This document shows positions 57,390 through 64,000 of a stretch of 64,000 nucleotides of DNA, piece by piece. Each line of letters opens with the position of its first letter. The stretch's first letter is position 1. A model generated the notes under the pieces. That model did no database searches and had not been told where the DNA came from. It saw only the letters and a list, made by a program, of their open reading frames with translations. The stretch lies in sequence record PV467749.1. The stretch is one strand, 5' to 3'. The translations under genes and the position numbers were made by a program. This stretch comes from a phage.

Positions 57390-57714
57390 GTAATGTTTTG
57401 ATTCGATTATACAATTTCATTGCTACATTTCCAAATAAACCAAAACCCATTACTAAAATGTATGCGATGATCATAGTAATAATTACAATAGTACCTAGAC
57501 TGTAATGTACTGCACTGATACCCATTATTGTTTCTACAATGATGTGAGCAACAGAAATAATCAAAAGTACTACTACAATTGGATGATTTGGATACATTCG
57601 GTTAAACAATGTTTTGTACTTAAAGAAGTACAGTACTCCACCAAATAAGAAGTACACAATGTAGATTGATGCAACTGCATAAGCAAACGCATTAGTGTAA
57701 AAAATCATTATCAA
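57367..57714 (-). CDS. Family D-related small membrane protein
   Basis: Track ORF 115 aa; FKYKTLFNRMYP; C-terminal LRDNLPER. Confidence 0.55.
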   Translation of the reverse strand: MIMIFYTNAFAYAVASIYIVYFLFGGVLYFFKYKTLFNRMYPNHPIVVVLLIISVAHIIVETIMGISAVHYSLGTIVIITMIIAYILVMGFGLFGNVAMKLYNRIKTLRDNLPER

Positions 57715-57717
57715 TCC

Positions 57718-58056
57718 TTACTTTTCAGGGATTTTATTACGCCACTCATCGATGCGATGAAGCAGTTTAAAGAGCAAAAATATCGGAACAGTAGCTATCA
57801 TAGTAGCAATTGTTAGTAATGTCAACACCGATACGAGATTTAATTCGTCAGTACTATATCCACATACCAGTGCTTCAATTATCCCCCACGTACATACACT
57901 GAACATCAAAAATGAAATTGGTGCATCGTAGTATATGCGTTGATACAAGGTCGTGTATCGGAAGAATGCAATAATGTAACAAAACATGTAATACACCCAA
58001 ATTAACGATACTACATAAAATGATACCTTATTAATTAATTCAAAATGATGTTCCAT
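57718..58056 (-). CDS. Family D-related small membrane protein
   Basis: Track ORF 112 aa; FRYTTLYQRIYY; C-terminal WRNKIPEK. Confidence 0.55.
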   Translation of the reverse strand: MEHHFELINKVSFYVVSLIWVYYMFCYIIAFFRYTTLYQRIYYDAPISFLMFSVCTWGIIEALVCGYSTDELNLVSVLTLLTIATMIATVPIFLLFKLLHRIDEWRNKIPEK

Positions 58057-58065
58057 TTTTACCCC

Positions 58066-58368
58066 CTACATATATTCTAAGAATAATGTATTAGCTTCGT
58101 CTATGTTCTTAAGATAATACATGTAATACAGATTTGGTTGTCCGTCTTTTGAACTCAAATCAAAGTACTTTAAACTATGCACCTTCATGACAAAAACAAA
58201 TAATGACTTAAAACCAATCTCACCGTACTTAATAAACAGTTCATCTAAATGAATGTAACTCTTAGTTTCAGATAATTCCTTCACATCATCTTCAATTTCT
58301 TGTAAGCGAAGTTTACCGATTAAGTTTTCAAATGAACGCATGATGTTGTTCCTTATGCTGGTACACAA
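58066..58368 (-). CDS. Hypothetical protein
   Basis: Track ORF 100 aa. Confidence 0.5.
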   Translation of the reverse strand: MCTSIRNNIMRSFENLIGKLRLQEIEDDVKELSETKSYIHLDELFIKYGEIGFKSLFVFVMKVHSLKYFDLSSKDGQPNLYYMYYLKNIDEANTLFLEYM

Positions 58369-58766
58369 TTTTTTATAATGAATACACGTTTCATGAATGA
58401 ACTTTCATATACGTACTTCAGTTTACCATTTTCACGCATACGATGAAACACATCTTTACCGCTAGTACTCCATGTTGAACCAGTCTCTGCATCAACATTG
58501 TTCATTACACCAGATGTTACATTCACCCCGTACTTGAAGCTAAAGGTACTACCTTCTTCTACTAGAGGGATTGGTGTACTACGTTCATGTTCCAGTACAA
58601 GTTTACTGCCGATGATGTTGTACGAAGTTAGCTTGCATTTTAAAACACCCATCTCTTGTGCAGTTGGGTAATTCTTCTCAAATAAATCAGATACTTCATT
58701 TGCATAACAAACTGAACTAATCATAAGAAGTAATGAACTGATAGAACGGAAAATAACTTTTAACAT
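58353..58766 (-). CDS. Secreted protein candidate
   Basis: Signal-peptide-like MLKVIFRSISSLLLMISSVCYA; GGAGG RBS; promoter TTGACT-18-TATAAT overlapping upstream terminator. Confidence 0.55.
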   Translation of the reverse strand: MLKVIFRSISSLLLMISSVCYANEVSDLFEKNYPTAQEMGVLKCKLTSYNIIGSKLVLEHERSTPIPLVEEGSTFSFKYGVNVTSGVMNNVDAETGSTWSTSGKDVFHRMRENGKLKYVYESSFMKRVFIIKNCVPA

Positions 58767-58802
58767 GTTTGCCTCCAGTAGTTGATGAAATGATTATAGC
58801 AA

Positions 58803-58832
58803 AAAGGGCCGACCGAAGTCAACCCTTTTCTT
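58803..58832 (-). terminator. Terminator-promoter module
   Basis: Minus: GGGTTGACT-TCGG-TCGGCCC, T-run, TATAAT at correct spacing, GGAGG RBS. Confidence 0.6.
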
Positions 58833-59207
58833 TTATATTTTACATGTCATGTCTGGTTTTGGCTTTTCATTCTTTGGCTTTTCAAATGGATTTGGCTTAG
58901 GGGACTTTTTATCTTTGTCATCTTTAGCTTTCTTTTTGTTTTCTTTTTTATCCGATTTGTCAGCTTTGTCTTTCTTATCTTTTGAATCTTTGTCAGCTTT
59001 AGATTGTGGTTCCTCACATACAGCAGTTTTTGGCTCCGGCATATCACATGAGTTATCCACTGGTTTAATGAACTCTTTACAGTTGTAGAAGTATAAACTT
59101 TCATTGGTAGTAAGATTGTGGAATCTAAAGGTATTTTCACCATTAGTATATACTTTCTTAGTACTCTCAATATCATTACACATTGCAACTGTGTCACCGG
59201 AATTCAT
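58833..59207 (-). CDS. Hypothetical protein with Lys/Asp-rich low-complexity C-terminus
   Basis: Track ORF 124 aa; preferred over overlapping same-strand ORF 58847..59197 by context. Confidence 0.4.
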   Translation of the reverse strand: MNSGDTVAMCNDIESTKKVYTNGENTFRFHNLTTNESLYFYNCKEFIKPVDNSCDMPEPKTAVCEEPQSKADKDSKDKKDKADKSDKKENKKKAKDDKDKKSPKPNPFEKPKNEKPKPDMTCKI

Positions 59208-59445
59208 GCTCGATACCTATTACATCCGACTTACGTTCAGATAGTATTCCAGACGTATATCGATCTTTGTTATCAAATGCATTGAACCCTATAGTTTTAT
59301 TATTGTCATGTACCAATCCTCTAGTGTAAGACTTGGTATAGAACTCACCGTTTCTAAACTCCTGTCTAGCAATGGAGCACTGGTATTCAGTACTATAAAC
59401 TATATCAGTAAACAATACAAGTGAAAATAAAACATATTTAAACAT
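59194..59445 (-). CDS. Secreted protein candidate
   Basis: Signal-peptide-like MFKYVLFSLVLFTDIVYS. Confidence 0.5.
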   Translation of the reverse strand: MFKYVLFSLVLFTDIVYSTEYQCSIARQEFRNGEFYTKSYTRGLVHDNNKTIGFNAFDNKDRYTSGILSERKSDVIGIEHEFR

Positions 59446-59486
59446 TGCATTACCTCTTATAAAACCCTCTACAATATTTACAAAAA

Positions 59487-59512
59487 AAGGTTGACCGAAG
59501 TCAACCTTTTAA
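59487..59512 (-). terminator. Rho-independent terminator (UUCG tetraloop), 3' of 59517..61028
   Basis: Perfect GGTTGAC-CGAA-GTCAACC; minus transcript has stem then a U7 run. Confidence 0.7.
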
Positions 59513-59516
59513 ATGT

Positions 59517-61028
59517 TTATTTTTTATCCTTTCCAACACCACGGTCGTACTCTTTGAATGAGTTATCAAGTGTAGTTAGTGCATACTCATATGCTTCTGG
59601 TGATTCAATGTCAACATCATCTGCACCATTTACTAAATCAGCCCAAGCCTTTTGAAGTTTACGAGCATTGTTACCAACATTATCTTTAATCCAACTAATA
59701 TTTTTGTTGATACTTTTACTATCAGCACCTGCTTTTTTACCAATCTCGGATATCCACATCATTAACTTTTGAAGTTCATGAATTGATTTATCAGTCATTT
59801 CAAGATGTTCTTCTTCCATACCGTCAGAATCAGATGAACCAACGTCAATTCCATGTTTAGCTAATAGTTTACCAAGTTCAAAGAATGCAGCTTCAGCAGG
59901 GAAGTCATAACCTTTGTCTTTGTAGTTATTCCATGCACTATCAAACTCGTCAACAAAACGGTTAGCATAATCTGGATTTTTAACTAATGCTTTATATACT
60001 GCCATTGCATGTTCAAAACCTTCTTTATCTGACCCAAACTCTTCCATCTCAGGACGATGAATATATCCATCCATATCAACGGTATCAGGTAGATCTTCTT
60101 GTTCAGGTTCTACATCTTTCTGTTCAACTGCACCTTCTTCATCTGCACGCTTTAGATAACCATCTGGTGTTACCTTCTCACCATGTTCTGCTTCATACTT
60201 TTTCATAGTGTTGAATGCAGCATCCATAGCTGTTACGAAGCGACTTTTCTCACCTTGTACATAAGATTTAAGTGCACTGTTAACTGCATCTGATACGAGC
60301 TTAACCTTATCGTCTTTACCTTCTAAACGGTTTTCAAGTTTAGCCAGTACATTCTTGATTTGCTGGGCATTAGCACGGTCTGCTTTACCAATACTATCAA
60401 AAGTTTTAAGAATACCATCAAGACTTGCTTCACCCTGTTCAGGTTCTTTCGAATCTTCTTTGTGTGTACCTTCAAGTGCACGCATGATAGTACTGAATAC
60501 TTCAGTGGGTTCAGTACTCTTATTACCTTTCATTGCATCAAGTACAGCTTGTGCTTTACCTTTGAGTTCTTCTTTAGGAACTGCCTGTAGTGCTTTGACA
60601 ATACCCTGAATCAACTGTGGTTTGTTAGCAAAGATCTTACCTAAGTTATCAGATAACTCTTTAACAGGGTTAGCTGCTTTAGGAGCTTCTGGTTTTGGTT
60701 CTTCTTTAGGAACTGCTTGTTCTTTCTCAGCACGTTCCATATCAGCAAGGCGTTGTTTCTGTGTTGCGTTAAGAAGACCTAATGAGTTAACATAACGTAG
60801 CTTTTCTAGCTCAGTCATGTTCTCAGTACTCTTAACTTCACCTGCTTCTGCGTTTGCCTTACCAGCTAAACCTGTCCCTTGATTACGTGAACCACGTGAC
60901 CCCTGTCCTGCTTGGTAGCTATTTTGACGACGATTGCGTTCACTCCATTTATCAGAGTGACCTGCCATGTTCCCGCCATTTTTATCAGTAAATTGACCTG
61001 GCATTTGATTTCTCTCCATAGATTTCAT
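59517..61028 (-). CDS. Large hydrophilic Lys/Glu-rich protein (start uncertain)
   Basis: Track ORF 503 aa; probable start at third ATG (MPGQ) behind GGAGAG; strong terminator immediately 3'. Confidence 0.6.
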   Translation of the reverse strand: MKSMERNQMPGQFTDKNGGNMAGHSDKWSERNRRQNSYQAGQGSRGSRNQGTGLAGKANAEAGEVKSTENMTELEKLRYVNSLGLLNATQKQRLADMERAEKEQAVPKEEPKPEAPKAANPVKELSDNLGKIFANKPQLIQGIVKALQAVPKEELKGKAQAVLDAMKGNKSTEPTEVFSTIMRALEGTHKEDSKEPEQGEASLDGILKTFDSIGKADRANAQQIKNVLAKLENRLEGKDDKVKLVSDAVNSALKSYVQGEKSRFVTAMDAAFNTMKKYEAEHGEKVTPDGYLKRADEEGAVEQKDVEPEQEDLPDTVDMDGYIHRPEMEEFGSDKEGFEHAMAVYKALVKNPDYANRFVDEFDSAWNNYKDKGYDFPAEAAFFELGKLLAKHGIDVGSSDSDGMEEEHLEMTDKSIHELQKLMMWISEIGKKAGADSKSINKNISWIKDNVGNNARKLQKAWADLVNGADDVDIESPEAYEYALTTLDNSFKEYDRGVGKDKK

Positions 61029-61067
61029 ATTGTTTATTCTCTATGACTATATTTATAGTATAAAGAA

Positions 61068-61092
61068 AAGGTTGACCGAAGTCAACCCTATT
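61068..61092 (-). terminator. Rho-independent terminator (UUCG tetraloop)
   Basis: GGTTGACCGAAGTCAACC flanked by A/T runs. Confidence 0.6.
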
Positions 61093-61109
61093 TTCACTGT
61101 ACTATACCA

Positions 61110-61406
61110 TTAGTAGTTACAGTCAGCTTTCGCTGTGAATGTTTTACTTTCACCTCGTTGTGTGGTGATTCGTCCGAGTAAAGTAGTTTTGTCAATAGTC
61201 ATTGTAGTTAGTACTGGAACATTACCTTCAAAGTCAATAGCTTTGAAATTGTAGGTGGTTTCATTCTCCACTACACTTGGACCAAAGAGTTCATATGTGT
61301 TGATTTCAAGTGTGTCACCATCTGAACGCAACAGTGTGCAGTCCAGATTAGGAGTAGCCAGTACTGGGAAAGCCAAACACATCATCATTACAATAATTAA
61401 TTTCAT
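61110..61406 (-). CDS. Secreted protein candidate
   Basis: Trimmed to MKLIIVMMMCLAFPVLA, a signal-peptide-like N-terminus. Confidence 0.5.
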   Translation of the reverse strand: MKLIIVMMMCLAFPVLATPNLDCTLLRSDGDTLEINTYELFGPSVVENETTYNFKAIDFEGNVPVLTTMTIDKTTLLGRITTQRGESKTFTAKADCNY

Positions 61407-61407
61407 T

Positions 61408-61665
61408 TCACTTCTCCTGTTTTTTCTTAGGATCAACCAATGACCAAATGAAGAATCCGAGAATTACAAGTACCCACAGAATCATGATAAAGAAAGCAAA
61501 CAGTACAATAGTATTTGTCAAAAAGAAATACAATAGAATGTTCGACCCAATACTACATACAATCAATGCAGCTTCATGTTTAACAACACGAATGGCTGTA
61601 ATGAGTGCGGGAAGAAATCCGACAAATAACAGTACTAATGCATATAGTGATAATGTTTCAGCCAT
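61408..61665 (-). CDS. Small membrane protein
   Basis: Track ORF 85 aa; two long hydrophobic segments. Confidence 0.5.
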   Translation of the reverse strand: MAETLSLYALVLLFVGFLPALITAIRVVKHEAALIVCSIGSNILLYFFLTNTIVLFAFFIMILWVLVILGFFIWSLVDPKKKQEK

Positions 61666-61845
61666 GATATCCCTTATTTGGTTTGTTCAACACTAGGTGT
61701 ATTGATATAGGTGTCAATTGAATAACATACTGTACCCACTACAACAGCAGCGATTAGGGCAGTGATGATGAATTTAGTACCTTGCATAATTTAATACCTC
61801 ACGTTGTTTGTATTTTGTATCACTTGATGAAAATATTATACGACA

Positions 61846-61872
61846 AAGGGCTGACTGAAGTCAACCCCTTTT
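61846..61872 (-). terminator. Rho-independent terminator
   Basis: GGGCTGACTGAAGTCAACCCC then T-run; overlaps stop of 61861..62259. Confidence 0.5.
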
Positions 61873-62259
61873 AATTATTTTTTTAAACTTATGTTTTTCG
61901 CCTTCAATAGAGTTCACGATGTCATCATGAATCTTGCGAAGGTTATGAGTTTTCTTTAGTGCTTCATGTAGTGCACGGAATGCTGCGTGTACTGTTGCCT
62001 TGAAGTGCTCTTTAGGAGTCACTTTAAGTTTCTCAATGATATCACGTACATAAATTGGATGATCTTCAAATACACGATTCAATTCATGGCCTAGTGATTC
62101 TAGACTGAAAGCTTTTTCACGTGAAGGACGATCATGTGCAAGACTTTGGTCAGGCTTTAGTAGACCTAGTGAATCAAGATACTTATGCTTATGTGCATTA
62201 TCAATTCCAGAAATATCCACATCATGCGATGGATCTTTCTTATTCCATTTATCAACCAT
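61861..62259 (-). CDS. Hypothetical protein
   Basis: Track ORF 132 aa; stop codon overlaps terminator hairpin. Confidence 0.5.
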   Translation of the reverse strand: MVDKWNKKDPSHDVDISGIDNAHKHKYLDSLGLLKPDQSLAHDRPSREKAFSLESLGHELNRVFEDHPIYVRDIIEKLKVTPKEHFKATVHAAFRALHEALKKTHNLRKIHDDIVNSIEGEKHKFKKIIKRG

Positions 62260-62370
62260 TTCATACTCCTTAAAGAGATAAATTACTTTAATATTTATAC
62301 TTCATGTGCTGTTTATTTCAACAGACACTTAAGATTATATCACATATGAAATGGTTGTTCCAACGTCAAA

Positions 62371-62814
62371 TCAGTACTGTTTAAGTTCTGAACTGAAGAT
62401 AAAGGAATCCATATCTTCTAGTGTTAACTTCAAGTTCGGTGTGTACTTTAATATCACACATTCAGGTTTCTTAATGGCAGCTTGATAGGCAGCAATTGCC
62501 AACTGTTGAAGCTGCTCTGGTGTGTAGTTCATGCGTTCTGCATTGAATACGATGTTCTTAATATCACCACCTGGCAGCTTCTCAAACTCACGCATAACAG
62601 CAGCCATCACATCATCAGATGTATTCTTATAAGCCCAATGAGGTAGTTGCATAACGTCATAAATCTCGCCATTGTCGTTCATAAGAGAGATCCATTTTTT
62701 ACCGTCCGATGAACTAAACAGACGACCTTTAATAGCAATGTTCTCTACCAAATTAACAAAGGCAAATATGTCTTGCTCATTTAGCTCAATGCTATTAACG
62801 TTAATCCAACCCAT
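62371..62814 (-). CDS. Hypothetical protein
   Basis: Track ORF 147 aa. Confidence 0.5.
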   Translation of the reverse strand: MGWINVNSIELNEQDIFAFVNLVENIAIKGRLFSSSDGKKWISLMNDNGEIYDVMQLPHWAYKNTSDDVMAAVMREFEKLPGGDIKNIVFNAERMNYTPEQLQQLAIAAYQAAIKKPECVILKYTPNLKLTLEDMDSFIFSSELKQY

Positions 62815-62827
62815 ACTTCATCTCCAG

Positions 62828-63400
62828 TTATAAATCACGAACGACATTCATTAAACACAATTTGGGCTTTATCGCATTCAAAACCCATATGCATTCTTTG
62901 TAAGTTGCTATTATAGCATCTAAATGCTCAGTTACAATGCTTTCTTGAAAATATTCTTCTTCATTGAGCTTTGCTAAATTAGTTACATCACATGTAGGTA
63001 CTATAGGTCTGGATTGTACACCCATTCCATTATTGATATTGGTAAAATGTAAAAAATTGTACTTCACCACACCTTTATCTACATTTATGATACATGACAA
63101 ATGTTCCAACTCAGTTAGTTCTGTATTACAAGTGACATTAATGAATCCAGCATTATAGGCTCTATAATCATCTACTGATATCTCAAAATCATTACGTTCA
63201 AATATAAGTGAAATGAGTTTGTCTTGTGGTTTAACCTTCTGAAATTTTACCGAATTTACGTATGATACGTTAATCTTAGATGAAATTATCTTTTTACTAA
63301 GTGCAGTTAATTCTTCTTTAGCCTTAAAAGTTAAAGTTATAGGTCTAAATCTAGAACTTTTGTTCTTCTTTGATACTTTGAACTTACCTTTTCTATTCAT
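62828..63400 (-). CDS. Hypothetical protein
   Basis: Track ORF 190 aa. Confidence 0.5.
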   Translation of the reverse strand: MNRKGKFKVSKKNKSSRFRPITLTFKAKEELTALSKKIISSKINVSYVNSVKFQKVKPQDKLISLIFERNDFEISVDDYRAYNAGFINVTCNTELTELEHLSCIINVDKGVVKYNFLHFTNINNGMGVQSRPIVPTCDVTNLAKLNEEEYFQESIVTEHLDAIIATYKECIWVLNAIKPKLCLMNVVRDL

Positions 63401-63454
63401 TAATTAAACCCCACATAAAGTAAAAGGGATGGCATATTACCAACCCTATATCTT

Positions 63455-63691
63455 TTATTTTTTAATAGATTCATAAAGCAGAAACAACCAAATAAACATT
63501 GATGAACAAACTACTACTGGGATTAATGTAAATTCAGTAAAGAATAAAAGTATTCCATAAGTTAGTATGCAACATAAGTTTACGTACATAATTGCTTCTG
63601 CATTTTTATTTTTCATTTTATATGCAATGAATGTTGGTGACCACATTACCAAAAATGCAAACAACGCACATATGATGATTATAGTTTCCAT
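63455..63691 (-). CDS. Small membrane protein
   Basis: Track ORF 78 aa; hydrophobic. Confidence 0.45.
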   Translation of the reverse strand: METIIIICALFAFLVMWSPTFIAYKMKNKNAEAIMYVNLCCILTYGILLFFTEFTLIPVVVCSSMFIWLFLLYESIKK

Positions 63692-63761
63692 ATTACACCT
63701 CCGTAAAATAATGTTCTGTACTGCTATTATTTACAGAGAATATCTGAAAAATTGATCTAGA

Positions 63762-63986
63762 TCAATTTTTAGTCACTTTACAATTTGAATCTTTTTTGTA
63801 CTGAACAATCACATTGTTCTTAAGGAAGATGATGGTCCCATAGGAACCTTGGGCTGCAACTTCAACAATATGGTTCTTATATGTTTCAGTATACCCTTCC
63901 ATCTCGTTGATACACACTACATGATACTTTGGTTTAGCACATACAACAGTACTCAAGAATAGCAGTACTAGTACTAGATATTTCAT
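63762..63986 (-). CDS. Secreted protein candidate
   Basis: Signal-peptide-like MKYLVLVLLFLSTVVCA. Confidence 0.5.
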   Translation of the reverse strand: MKYLVLVLLFLSTVVCAKPKYHVVCINEMEGYTETYKNHIVEVAAQGSYGTIIFLKNNVIVQYKKDSNCKVTKN

Positions 63987-64000
63987 TTTATTACCTTATA

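Noticed and set aside
58847-59197. Alternative same-strand ORF (116 aa) overlapping 58833..59207
   Set aside because: Two overlapping frames in a low-complexity AAA/GAA-rich region; only one can be real and 58833..59207 fits flanking gene spacing better. Either call is low confidence.

Overview
AT-rich segment of a large virulent dsDNA phage genome, most consistent with a hyperplastic region of a T4-like or giant myovirus (exact identity needs a database search). Four tandem multigene families dominate: (A) at least 23 small LGTNYQ-motif proteins (1-5005, minus); (B) about 20 small proteins with a hydrophobic C-terminus (25876-30476, minus); (C) 16 RCC1-repeat-like paralogs of ~360-450 aa sharing an N-terminal MLPF(V/A)RM(F/V)(D/K)YGN dodecapeptide, most in their own terminator-promoter-RBS cassette (30588-50825, plus); (D) 10 small polytopic membrane proteins in two clusters (50862-53301 and 57021-58056, minus). 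Between 5 and 24 kb lie about 45 small minus-strand genes, most with their own sigma70-like promoter followed by a 5' leader hairpin, plus UUCG-tetraloop terminators whose stem carries a -35 box. A ~1.3 kb ORF-free region (24.6-25.9 kb) holds an 8-bp periodic repeat array and plus-strand promoters. Recognisable products by motif only: HNH endonuclease, TraR/DksA zinc finger, GNAT-like, P-loop NTPase, two protein-kinase-like proteins. No rRNA, tRNA or CRISPR array seen. Many track ORF N-termini are artefactual read-through of promoter/hairpin sequence and were trimmed to the first ATG behind an RBS; coordinates are +/- a few nt.
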